This document shows positions 53,385-64,000 of a stretch of DNA of 64,000 bases, piece after piece; within the stretch, counting starts at the first letter, position 1; every line of letters starts with the position of its first letter. A program made the position numbers and the translations under genes. The notes under the pieces were generated by a model. It worked only from the letters and a program-made list of their open reading frames with translations. It searched no databases and was not told the origin of the DNA. This DNA comes from Octopus vulgaris (taxonomy: Eukaryota). Location of the stretch: the NCBI GenBank assembly GCA_951406725.2, contig OX597816.1, forward strand, positions 59,334,001 to 59,398,000, written 5' to 3'.

Positions 53385-53482
53385 GAGGGTTCACAAACAA
53401 TATGTCAGAGATATTTATCATGTAAAAAGAGAAACACAACCGTAGAAATGCTGTGTTGAATGTAAATATCAGATATAGAAGC

Positions 53483-53546
<64 letters not shown>

Positions 53547-54041
53547 TATAAACAGCTGCATGGATGGCTGAGGGGTGAGTCACATTTAGGATCAGTTTCA
53601 GGTAATGTGGTGAACATTTGGGAACCAGTTCCACCCTCTGCCACTGCTGCTATCCCTTCACAATATAAATATCTTCACCATTTTACTTTTCTTTTTATAA
53701 CGAAGGAAATCACTTTTTATATCACTTCCATATATCTTCATTGCAATATATTATTGTCTGTCTGTTTGTCTTTCTTCCTTTCTCATTTTCACACTGACAA
53801 TAATTTTTCTTGCAGATATATTATAAATATCATCATCATCATCATCTTCCAGAGTTTTAAATCCATGTTTCGTCCCCGTTAACAGGGGTGGCCAGATCTA
53901 CCTCAGTGCCATAGCAACCGCCTTCACACCATCTCGCCCAGTTTTGGGTGTCCTCCCTTATCAAGTCAACCCTCCCAATCTCCTCCTCCATCTGTCCTCT
54001 CCACCTTTTCCCCCTACCATCACTCAACAAATATACAATAT

Positions 54042-55612
54042 ATCATCATCATCGTTTAACGTCCGCTTTCCATGCTAGCATGGGTTGGACGGTTCAACTG
54101 GGGTCTGGGAAGCCAGAAGGCTGCACCAGGCCCAGTCTGATCTGGCAGTGTTTCTACAGCTGGATGCCCTTCCTAACGCCAACCACTCCGAGAGTGTAGT
54201 GGGTGCTTTTTACGTGTCACTGGCACAGGTGCTAGATGGGCTGGCAAACGGCCATGGTCAGATGATGCTTTTTATGTGCCACCGGCACGGAGACCAGACG
54301 AGACTGGCAACAGCCACAATCAGATGGTACTTTTTACGTGCCACCGGCACGCAGGCCAGTTGGGGCAGCGCTGGCAACGGCCACATTCTTATGTGCCAGC
54401 GGCACTGGTATCACAGCTACAATTTCCATTGATGTTGATCGATTTGGATTTTCACTTGCCTCAACAGGTCTTCACAAGTAGAGTTTTGTGTCCCAAGAAG
54501 GAAAGGTATGCATAAGTGGATTGGCTACACCCCAGGTAGAGGCCACAGGTTATAGTCTCACTTGTCCTGCCGGGTCTTCCCACGCACAGCATACTTCCAA
54601 AGGTCTCGGTCTCTAGTCATTTCCTCGGTGAGACCTAAAGTCTGAAGGTCATGCTTCACCACCTCGTCCCAGGTTATCCTGGGTCTACCACTTCTACAAG
54701 TTCTCTCAACCGCAAGGGTGTGGCACTTTTTCACACAACTATCTTCATCCATTCTTGCCACATGACCATACCAGCACAAACGTTTCTCTTGCACACCACA
54801 ACTGATGCTTCTTAGGTCCAACTTTTCTCTCAACTTTTCTTACGCATATCCTCAGCAGTCACGGCCCATGTTTCACTGCCATGTAGCATGGCTGTTCACA
54901 CACATGCGTCATACAGTCTGCCTTTTACTCTGAGCGAGAGGCCTTTTGTCACCAGCAGAGGTAAGAGCCCAAGCTATTCTTATTCTAGCAGTTACGCTTT
55001 CAGCACACCTGCCCCCGCTACTGACTTGGTCACCTAGGTAACGGAAGCTATCAACTATTTCTAGTTTTTCTCCCTGGAATGTGGCGGAAGTTGGTCTCTG
55101 CGCATTTTCAGTGTTTATTGCTCCTGAGCATCTGCCACATACAAAAACTATCTTCCTAGTTAGCCTTCCTTTGACATCGCTGCACCTCTTAAGTGTCCAT
55201 AGCTTACACTTGGTGCATTTTATAGTTTCTACCTACACCTTTTCTACAGATTGAGCAGGGCCATCTACCTGAAGGCGTTTGTGATTTGCCTGCCTTCCTA
55301 CATATTAGGACTTTGGTTTTAGCTAGGTTGATTCTAAGGCCCTTCAATTCTAATCCTTGTCTCCACATTTGAAACTTTGCCTCTAGTTCTGATAGTGACT
55401 CAGCAATTAGAGCAAGGTCATCAGCATAGAGGAGCTCCCAAGGGCATCCTGTCTTGAATTCCTCCATTATTGCCTGGAGGACTATGATAAATAGGCGGGG
55501 GCTGAGGACTGAACCTTGGTGGACCCCTACGTCTGCCCTGAATTCCTCAGTGTACTCGTTGCCAGCCCTCACCTGACTTACAGCATCCCTATACATGGCT
55601 TGCACAGCTCTA
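54042..55612 (-). pseudogene. 5'-truncated RTE (BovB-like) LINE, same family as 33285
   Basis: VGVHQGSVLSP...WELLYADDLAL...GRWPCSICRKGVGRN; shared 3'UTR. Confidence 0.92.
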
Positions 55613-56634
55613 TACACACACACACACACACACACATGCACATATCATCATCATCATCATCATCGTTTAATGTCCGTTTTCCATGCTGGCATGGTTGGAT
55701 GGTTTGACTGTGGTCTGGAAAGCCAGCGGCTGCACCGGGCCACAATCCGATCTAGCAAAGTTTCTACAAATGGATACCCTTCTTAATGCCAACCACTCCG
55801 AGAGTGTAGTGGGTGCTTTTTATGTGCCACCGGCAAAGGAGTCAGTCGGGGAGCACTGGCATCCATCACATTCAGATAGTGCCTTTTATATGCCACCAGC
55901 ACAGAATGGGAGCTAGTCAGGCGAACCTGGCATGTTCAGATGATGTATATATATAGTTTATAGAGGTGAGACAGGTATTCTCTGTATAGAATATACTTTG
56001 AAGTGCTCAAGATTTGATCTTGAGCTTGTAGAAGAGTAAATCTAAAGATAAGCATGTTAGTCAAGTTGATATACAAAAAAATATTAAATACATTTGATAC
56101 AAAAAAATGTACATATATGTATACATATAAAAAAATGTTCTAACTTATACAGAATGGAAATGATATCAGGAATTAAAGGGGTTGAGTAGGAGTTTTACAA
56201 GTCCAACAACTATTTCTGGGAGCTTGGTGGTCCAAAATAATACTTGTAACTTGATTCCATCATTGGATTCCACCAGCCTCCATCTTCAGGGAAAAATTTT
56301 GCCAGAATTCTGAGATGTAAATTATTTGAGGATGTGTAGCACTAACTTCAGGAAACCAGTCAGATACCAGATCACTTGTCAGTTTGATGGACACATAAGT
56401 CAGATGGTCTATATTCTCACCAGAAGATGGAATAGACAGGTGCTTGTAAGTACAAGTCTTTCCTAGGCAAAGTATGTATGACCTAATATAGGTTAGCAGT
56501 TAGTGACTTCAGAATAAGTGCTAGAAGGACTCTGGGAAACAAACCAGTCTGGGAAAGGAAGATATGGAAACTCAAAAACCCTCTAAACACTCAGAAGTTT
56601 AGAGATCATCATCATCGTTTAATGTCCGCTTTCC

Positions 56635-57136
56635 ATCTTGTCTGTTGTTAACACAATGTTTCGGCTGATGTACCCTCCAGCCTTCATCAGGTGTCTTGGG
56701 GAAATTTTGAACCTGGGTTCTCATTCCTAAGGTATTTTTCGATGTTAATATTATTATTCAGGTTACTGCCTGGAATCAAACTCGGAATCTTGGGGTTAGT
56801 ACCCTGCGCTCTTAACCACTACACCATATGCCTGTGGCGTAGTGGGTTGAGAGTGTGGGCTACTAAGCCCAAGATTCCAAGTTCGATTCCAAGCAGTGAC
56901 CTGAATAATAATAATAATAGTAATAATAATAATAATAATGATAACAATAACAACAACAATAACATCGAAAAATACCTTAGGAATGAGAACCCAGGTTTGA
57001 AATTTCCCCAAGACACCTGATGAAGGCTGGAGGGTATATCAGCTGTAAAGTTGTGTTAACAACAAACAAGACGTGGACAAATATCTGTCAATTGTAAATA
57101 ATGTACATAATTCCTCACCTCTTAAATATAGAACTG
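56635..57136. mobile_element. Head-to-head inverted dimer of a tRNA-headed, hammerhead-tailed SINE-like element
   Basis: Left arm 56635-56832 (-), right arm 56833-57136 (+). A box TGGCGTAGTGG, B box GTTCGATTCC, (AAT/AAC)n linker, hammerhead motif near each outer end. Confidence 0.8.
56651..56694 (-). ncRNA. Minimal hammerhead ribozyme motif (left arm)
   Basis: acac-CTGATGA-a-ggctg...cagcc-GAAAC-att-gtgt; one CpG-type change in stem III. The right-arm copy (57013-57056) has GAAAC mutated to GTAAA. Confidence 0.7.
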
Positions 57137-57819
57137 AATTATTAATTTAGTGTATAGGTAGGAGTTCACCAGGGTTTGGTTCTGAGTCATCTGCTACTCA
57201 TGATTGTCTTCCAGGCCATAATAGAAGAATTTAAGACTGGTTATTCTTGGGAACTACTGTATGTTGGAGTCTCATTTACATGTCCTCAGGTATTTTAATA
57301 TCAGGTAGATACATATAAAGATATGATAGTGCAGTGAGACTTATTTATTTTTATTTTTCAAAGTCCATCACGTGTCACCCAAAAGCCACAGCATGTCACA
57401 ACTGTTCTAAGTTTTCTACTACTGTTGCGGGATATAATTTGGTTACTATTTCTAGCAGGCACAATGACTTCATAGAGACTCCCTCACTGACCTGGCTCTT
57501 TTAATGAAATTTGGCCCTGTGTCAATAAAGACCCTATCTGTTTAAATTCTCATCTACTTACCTCACTCTAAAATCTTCTTACTCTGACCCCTGCTATCTG
57601 TGACCCATACTTCCACATCGCAGTACTTCATCATCCATCATCTCTCATCATTTCTCTATATTATGTATCCAGAATCAGACAACTCATCTCTTTTACAAAC
57701 ATCTGCCAAACGACTTAATTCCAGCATGGCTTTTTTTTGTATTTCTCTCATATTTTATCATATTGTTTTATGTATGTATGTGTGTTGTATTGATGTGTGA
57801 ATGTATCTCTTTCTCTTTT

Positions 57820-58220
57820 TTCTCTCTTTTACTTGTTTCAGTCATTTGACTGCGGCCATGCTGGAGCACAGCCTTTAGTCGAGCAGATCGACCCTGGGAC
57901 TTATTCTTTGTAAGCCCAGTACTTATTCTATCAGTCTCTTTTGCCGAACCGCTAAGTGACGGTGACATAAATACACCAGCATCGGTTGTCAAGCAATGCT
58001 AGGGGGACAAACACAGACACACAAACATATACACACACATACATATATAGATATATACGACAGGCTTCTTTCAGTTTCCGTCTACCAAATCCACTCACAA
58101 GGCATTTGTCGGCCCGGGGCTATAGCAGAAGACACTTGCCCAAGATGCCGTGCAGTAGGACTGAACCTGGAACCATGTGGTTGGTAAGCAAGCTACTTAC
58201 CACACAGCCACTCCTGCGCC
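57820..58220 (-). mobile_element. tRNA SINE
   Basis: Same family as 13155. Confidence 0.85.
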
Positions 58221-58436
58221 TGTATGTACAAATGAATGAATATATGTGTATATATATGTATATAAATTCCCAAGGAAATTTATGACTAACCAACTTCTGA
58301 AGCCAAGTAGCATCAAAATAAAAAGTGTGTGACAACAACAACAGTAGCAGCAAACAACAAGAACAACAACATGACCAGTTACTCTTCAATACATAGCATT
58401 AATTGGATTCTTGAAGACAGCTCTATTCTGACAAAA

Positions 58437-58560
58437 CTAACTCCAAAATCTTGCAATGCTGAAAATGTGTGAAGGTTCTTGTCCTCTCTCAAGTTCTTTG
58501 TAGTTGATGTTGCTAAAGACTGACGACATGGTTGAATGGATTCGACTGTTTGACCTCAGC
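58437..58560 (-). CDS. Candidate terminal coding exon of an unidentified minus-strand gene
   Basis: Acceptor cttttatttttAG at 58561-58562; open frame LRSNSRIHSTMSSVFSNINYKELERGQEPSHIFSIARFWS* in unique, non-repetitive sequence. Confidence 0.35.
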
Positions 58561-59007
58561 CTAAAAATAAAAGCCCTTTAAAGATTCTTTCAGTCATATG
58601 GGGTTTTCTCATTTAGGTTGTTAGGTCCAAAGTTTGACAAGGGAATAAAATGATTTATTTTTATCTTTGATATTTAATGCTCATTGTTAAATGCTCTGAT
58701 ACTTATTGCTCATTCAAAATACTAGTCCAGCTTAATAAAAAAAAAGATTTTGAAAGGAAGCATTTAACTATAAATGATTGCAGACCAACCCCGAAATTAC
58801 CTAATTTGCAAAGAAATGTATTAGACAATTTCAGACTAATTTATATAAAAAGGAAATTATATTAAAAGCTATGTGCGTGTGTGTGTGTGTATGTGTACGC
58901 ACACACATATATAGTATGTATGTATGTATATATATAAACACATACATGCACACTGACATGTGCGCACGTTTATTTACGTTACATACATTGTCATGTTCAC
59001 CTATATA

Positions 59008-59394
59008 TCTCTCTATATATAAACGGCAGTTTGTCTGTGCGTGTTTCTGTGTGTCTGTTTTCTCGTACCCTCACCCTGACCACGGCTTTCAACCGATTCT
59101 GATGAAACTTGACACACACATAGCCCAATGTCATAATTCAAAACTAACGCAGCGAAAATTTTGAAAAGTTCCCCCAGTTCTGAAAAAAATCGATAAATTC
59201 GACATGGGGTCGAGAATAAAAAAAAACAAACCACAGACTGTCTAGGGGACGCAACTCAACCTTTTTTTACTCTCAAAAAAAAATTTACCATCATTTTTTT
59301 TCCATTTTTTTGCTATTTTTTGGCTATAACTCTCTAAAGATGCTTTATAGTTATTTCCCTTACAAACCTGAGCAACGCCGGGCGATACTGCTAG
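59008..59394 (+). mobile_element. Non-autonomous Helitron (same 3' end, different 5' half)
   Basis: a|TCTCTCTATATATAAA start; cctgagcaacgccgggc hairpin; CTAG|t end. Confidence 0.8.
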
Positions 59395-59642
59395 TATGTT
59401 ATATGTCTGTGTTTGTTTATATATATATATATAGATAGATATAGATATAGATATAGGTATATATATATAGGTTATAAAATGAGATAGGGGTTGAAAAATT
59501 CAACCCACCATGGGATAATATATATCCAATATACTGCTAGATAGGTACCCAACAAGACTAATACATAGATGTTAAAAATTGCCAAACAATCAGTTCATCT
59601 ATTGTATTATATGGGTAAAGGTAATAATATTACCGTAAATTA

Positions 59643-59728
59643 ATACTACAAAATTAGAGAATGGAGAAACATACTTAAATCAATATGTTTTATTGATTTA
59701 AGTATGTTTCTCCATTCTCTAATTTTGT

Positions 59729-59733
<5 letters not shown>
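59643..59733. repeat. Near-perfect hairpin (43-bp arms, 5-nt loop)
   Basis: atactacaaaattagagaatggagaaacatacttaaatcaata-tgttt-tattgatttaagtatgtttctccattctctaattttgtggtat; one G.U wobble. Confidence 0.9.
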
Positions 59734-59772
<39 letters not shown>

Positions 59773-59799
59773 TTCAGAGGTGCTATTTTTTGCTCATAA

Positions 59800-61760
59800 G
59801 TCTAACCCTAGCTGAGGCCAGCACACAAGCTAATATACTTGTAACAGGGGTCTTTAATTTTACTAATCTTAGCTGGTCCGAGGATTATATCCAGCCTGGA
59901 ACTAAGCAACTGAAGTGGAGGGATATGAACCCTTTTCTCGATACAACAAAAGACTTTCGCATACAACAAATCATTACCCATCCAATTAGGGGAAAATAAC
60001 ATACTCGACTTTGTTTTTATTCACAATGTTCAGGTCATTCCCACAGCTATTTCCAACCAAAGCATTATACAATTATCTGTATATGGTACAAAGAAATATC
60101 CGACTCACAGCATGGATTTCTACCCTGAAGATCTTGCCTAACAAATCTTCTCCTTCTTGAAGAATGGATTACAGGAACCATGGATGAAAAAGACTTGGTG
60201 GGCGTGGTATTTTTGGACTTGGCAAAGGCGTTTGACTCCATTAATCACTGACTTCTCTTGCGCAAACTTCGAGCATTCAAGATTCATCCATTGGTGACTT
60301 TGTAGATTTCTTCCTTCCTGAGCTATCGAACCTTTTGGGTGCAGATAAATGGAGATCTTGTCGCGGAGACAAATGCATGCAGCGGCGTTCCCCAGGGGTC
60401 AGTGCTGGGGCCAATACTTTTCCTTCTCTATATCAACGACCTGCCAGATTTTCTTGATGGAAGAGTTCTCCTATTTGCAGACAACGTCAAACTTGTCTCA
60501 CCTAGGAATCAATACGACATACTCCAATAGTCGCTGAACAGAGCTTGGAATTGGGCGGAAGAATGGAATCTGAACTTGAATGCCTCAAAATGCAGCCATT
60601 TGCCAAAAGGTTCACCTCCAAACTCACCCTTGACTATTGGCCACAAACATCAACATCTTAAGATGGTCACTGAAGAAAAGGATCTCGGCATAATGATCAA
60701 TACTACTTTCAAACTACCACGGCAGGGTATCGAGGCGGCGAGCAAAGCCAGAAGGAAGCTTTTCCTCATCCATCGATCCTTTGCCAACCTTTCAATGGAC
60801 GTCTTTTGGCCTGTATACGTCACTTTAGTTCGACCCATCCTCGAATATTGCATGCATACCTCAAACCCATATCTCCAGAAAGACAGTCAGCACCTGGAAC
60901 GGGTTCAGCACTTGGCCACCCGAATGGGGGCGGGCTTGTCTAAGCTTGCATAAGAGGAACATATCCAACGGCTGGCATTGCCTTCACTCAAACGACGGAG
61001 GATGCAGGGAAATCTCATCCAACTTTCAACATCTTCAACGGACATGTAAACCTACCATTTGCGGCGATTTTCACCCCTGCGCTGGATAGTGGTCTTCATG
61101 GGCATGATCACACACTTTATCCCCGACACTTTCGTTTCAACAGGCAGAAGGCCGCATTCTCTGTCCGTATCACAGCCCCATGCATAATCCGTATCACAGC
61201 CCCGTGCATAATCCAAGTGAATTCTTTGATCCCACAACTCAAGTGCAGAGACACAACTTAAAATTAATATCATGGAAGTTGATATACTTGTGGCTATTAA
61301 TGATTTAGATCCAAACTCAGCATCTGTACCAAATAGTATTCCAGTTATATTGCTAAAAAACGTGCAAAAACCACCTCATGAAATCATTAAAGGTACTATT
61401 TCAAAAGTCGCCAGATACCACCATATTCCCGAGACTATTGAAAGAAGCTATGATAAATCTATATAGGTACAAAGGAGGTAGCAGTGCTGAAGCTAAAAAT
61501 TACAGACCTGTTTCCCTCACGTCTTACACGTCTAAAGTTATCCAATGCCTTGTCCGAAGACAAAAAGTAATAACATACCTGGAGGAAAACAACTTAGATA
61601 ACACTCGGTATAGGTTTCGGACTGAATGAAGTTGCCTGTCACAATTCTTACAGCATCATAACACTACCTCTAATAATCTCTTAAGGGGAAAAATCATTGA
61701 TTGTTAAAACCTTGATATTGTTAAGGCGTTTGACAAGACTGATAATTGAATCATCTGTTA
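59800..61760 (+). pseudogene. CR1/Jockey-group LINE debris: an RT-to-3' piece (~60170-61190) within fragments of a second, older element
   Basis: [22 protein letters not shown]...LLFAD, YVTLVRPILEYC...HLERVQ; flanking pieces VTGVFNFTNLSW and AKNYRPVSLTS. Confidence 0.85.
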
Positions 61761-61762
61761 TA

Positions 61763-61980
61763 ATTCCAAGCAGTAACCTGAACACTAACAACAACAACAA
61801 CAATAATATCGAAAAATACATTAGGAATGAGAACACAGGTTCGAAATTTCCCCAAGACACCTGAAGAAGGCTGGAGGGTATATCAGTCGAAACGTTGTGT
61901 TAACAACAAACAAGATGAGGACAAATATCCATCGAATGTAAATAATGTATATAATTCCTCATCTCTAAAATATAGAACTG
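61763..61980 (+). mobile_element. 5'-truncated third copy of the tRNA-hammerhead element
   Basis: Colinear with 56886-57136 from the end of the B box to aaatatagaactg. Confidence 0.85.
61857..61900 (+). ncRNA. Minimal type I hammerhead ribozyme motif with intact core
   Basis: acac-CTGAAGA-a-ggctg(gagggtatat)cagtc-GAAAC-GTT-gtgt: stem I acac/gtgt, 5-bp stem II with one G.U, loopless palindromic AACGTT stem III, GUU triplet. Confidence 0.78.
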
Positions 61981-62397
61981 TGGAGGGACATGCTCCAAAC
62001 TTCGGCACTGGATAGAGTTTTAATGCACAAACATTTATATACTTTAAGCTTGCAAATATACTACCTTCAAAATCATGGGCTAAAATACTCTATTGTAACA
62101 ATCTGACATTTAGAGTTCCCTCAACTGTTCAACTACCTATCTAAATTAAAAGAAATATAAAAGAGACTTCTACTGAAACATTAAAAAAAACCCCTCCCAA
62201 AACTCATTAGATGAACTCTTAACGATGCCTTATAAGTCAACTATTCAAGGATGATGCATTCAGAGGAGAACATCTGCTAGAAAACTCAATCATAGACCAC
62301 CTTCCAGTCAAGAAGCAACAATAAAACCTAATTGAAAATACATTAAGGCGGTGCTCCAGAATGGCTGCAGTACTATCATTACTTCCTAAAAAATTTG

Positions 62398-62730
62398 TAG
62401 GGAACTTCCTGGAAAGTTTCGAGGATTTTATAACTTCCTGGAAAATTGGTAGAAAACTTCCTGGAAAGTTCCAAGGATTATCTAACTTTCTGGAAAATTG
62501 GCCGAAAACTTCCTGGAAATTTCTGAGGATTATCCAACTTCCTGGAAAATTGGTCGAAAACTTCATGGAAAGTTCCGAGGATCTCATGGAAAGTCCCAAT
62601 GATCTTCTAATTTCCTGGAAAGTTCCAAGGATGTCCTAACTTCCTGGAATATTGGTAGAAAACTTCCTGGAAAGCTCCGTGGATTTAGTGGAAAGTTCCA
62701 AGGCTTTCCTAACTTCCTGGAAAATTTTCC
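62398..62730. repeat. Minisatellite of ~52-bp dimeric units, each half containing aacttcctggaaa
   Basis: About nine TTCCTGGAA plus variants, counted by eye. Confidence 0.9.
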
Positions 62731-63338
62731 ATGAAATTTGACCCCAGTCAAATCGTCCAACCTATGTATGTAACTTACTGGTAAAGCATGGTCACTTTCA
62801 TAGTGTTCATTATGTATATGGTAAAGGAAAAACGGGAGATGGAAGATACGAGAGTTTTTATTAATCACGACAATTGTTTTGACACATCTAGTATCAAATG
62901 AGAAGATACATTGCAGAACTGTTATTTTAACGAGTTACATCTATTTATCATCTGAAGAGACACATTTACACTGCCAGACTCTCCTGAACCAGTTGAGTGT
63001 TCCACTCTTGAGGGGGTCAATGCTAGATGTGTCAAAACAATTGTCAAGATTAATAATAAAAATTCTCGGATATTTCATCTTCCTTCTTTCATCTACCATA
63101 TATATATATATTAGGGGAAAACCACTATGTGGACACCCTTATGCTAGAAGTAGGTCTGCTATGGTCTTACCACTAAGAAATGTCCTCAAGAAAAATTTAG
63201 CAAAACAACCAAAATGTAATTGAGCAAGACAAAAGAAAAAGCAAATTTTACTGAACCTTCAGTTTTTTTATATGCTAGATCACTGGTGTGAAATCGATGT
63301 TAATTAAATTAATATCTAATTTCTCACCCTTGTTTTAA

Positions 63339-63393
<55 letters not shown>

Positions 63394-63395
<2 letters not shown>

Positions 63396-63593
63396 TAATC
63401 CAAACATGAAAACACAAAGAGAAAACACAACAACGTGAGGGCGTGGAACAAATATAGTATTATTGGATGCTCAGAGAAGAAGGAGGGTTTAACGTTTCGA
63501 GCGGAGCTCTTCGCCGGAAACATAGGAGAAGGAAAGATCCAGAGAAGGGAAGACAGAGGAAAAAAAATTGCCAACGGTACACACGCAGTCACA
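63394..63593 (-). mobile_element. Penelope-type terminal-repeat fragment with a degenerate hammerhead motif (63487-63521)
   Basis: Minus strand gttt-CCGGCGA-a-gagc(tcc)gctc-GAAAC-GTT-aaac, embedded between (TA)n runs. Confidence 0.6.
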
Positions 63594-63829
63594 TATATAT
63601 AGTCACAATGCAGATATTCCAACCTCTTATAGAGATATTTATCCAAGATACACTGGTTTAATATATATTAAATTTTGAAGAGATAATTCTTCAATGAATG
63701 TATTATATAAAATATCGTAAGATATCAAACATTTTTATCAAGTTAGAAAACAAAGAGATCTCTATTTTCTAATTCGATATACATACATACATACACACAT
63801 ACATATATATGTATATATATCTGTATGTG

Positions 63830-64000
63830 TGTGTGTGTCTATCTCTCAGTATTGCTTGACAATCAGTGTTGGTGTGTTTATGTTCCCATAACTTAGCAGT
63901 TCAGTGAAAGAAACTGATAGAATAAGTCCCAGGTTTAACAAAAAATTAAGTACTGGGTTTGATTCATTTGACTAAAAATTCCTTCAAGGCTGTGCTCCAG
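63830..64000 (+). mobile_element. tRNA SINE 3' half, cut by the window edge
   Basis: ttggtgtgtttatgttcccataacttagcagttcag...gctgtgctccag matches the 13155 family body. Confidence 0.75.

Noticed and set aside
56833-56901. Possible tRNA gene
   Set aside because: Acceptor and anticodon stems pair poorly and it is fused to a repeat body, so it is a SINE-type head.
56691-57020. Mirror-image ORFs MSWGNF... on both strands
   Set aside because: Artefact of the inverted dimer and the (AAT)n linker.
62237-62868. Overlapping repetitive ORFs / CRISPR-like array
   Set aside because: Minisatellite with degenerate units and no unique spacers, in eukaryotic DNA with no cas genes.

Overview
AT-rich, repeat-dense animal genomic DNA. 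The SINE, RTE and Penelope repertoire and the microsatellites are most consistent with an octopus (coleoid cephalopod); this is inferred from family recognition, not a database match. Host genes: (i) a >1.17 kb open, low-complexity Q/E/S-rich coding exon on the minus strand that runs off the left edge and is absent from the ORF track; (ii) the first coding exon of a DNAL4 (axonemal dynein light chain 4) orthologue at 49718-49789 (+), inside a CpG-rich promoter-like island, with no exon 2 found in the remaining 14 kb; (iii) candidate non-coding minus-strand exons in a TE-free CpG-rich block at about 19.7-23 kb; (iv) a candidate antisense terminal exon at 58437-58560. Most of the remainder is transposon debris: RTE, CR1 and R4/Dong-like LINEs, tRNA SINEs, Helitrons, Tc1 and DD41D mariner relics, piggyBac MITEs, a solo LTR and palindromic foldback elements. 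The most notable signal is a set of minimal (Penelope-type) hammerhead ribozyme motifs from at least three unrelated repeat families. One family joins a tRNA-derived Pol III head, an (AAT)n linker and a hammerhead tail, and occurs as a head-to-head inverted dimer. Other families carry a CCGANGA-type core in place of canonical CUGANGA. Most ORFs in the supplied track are spurious.
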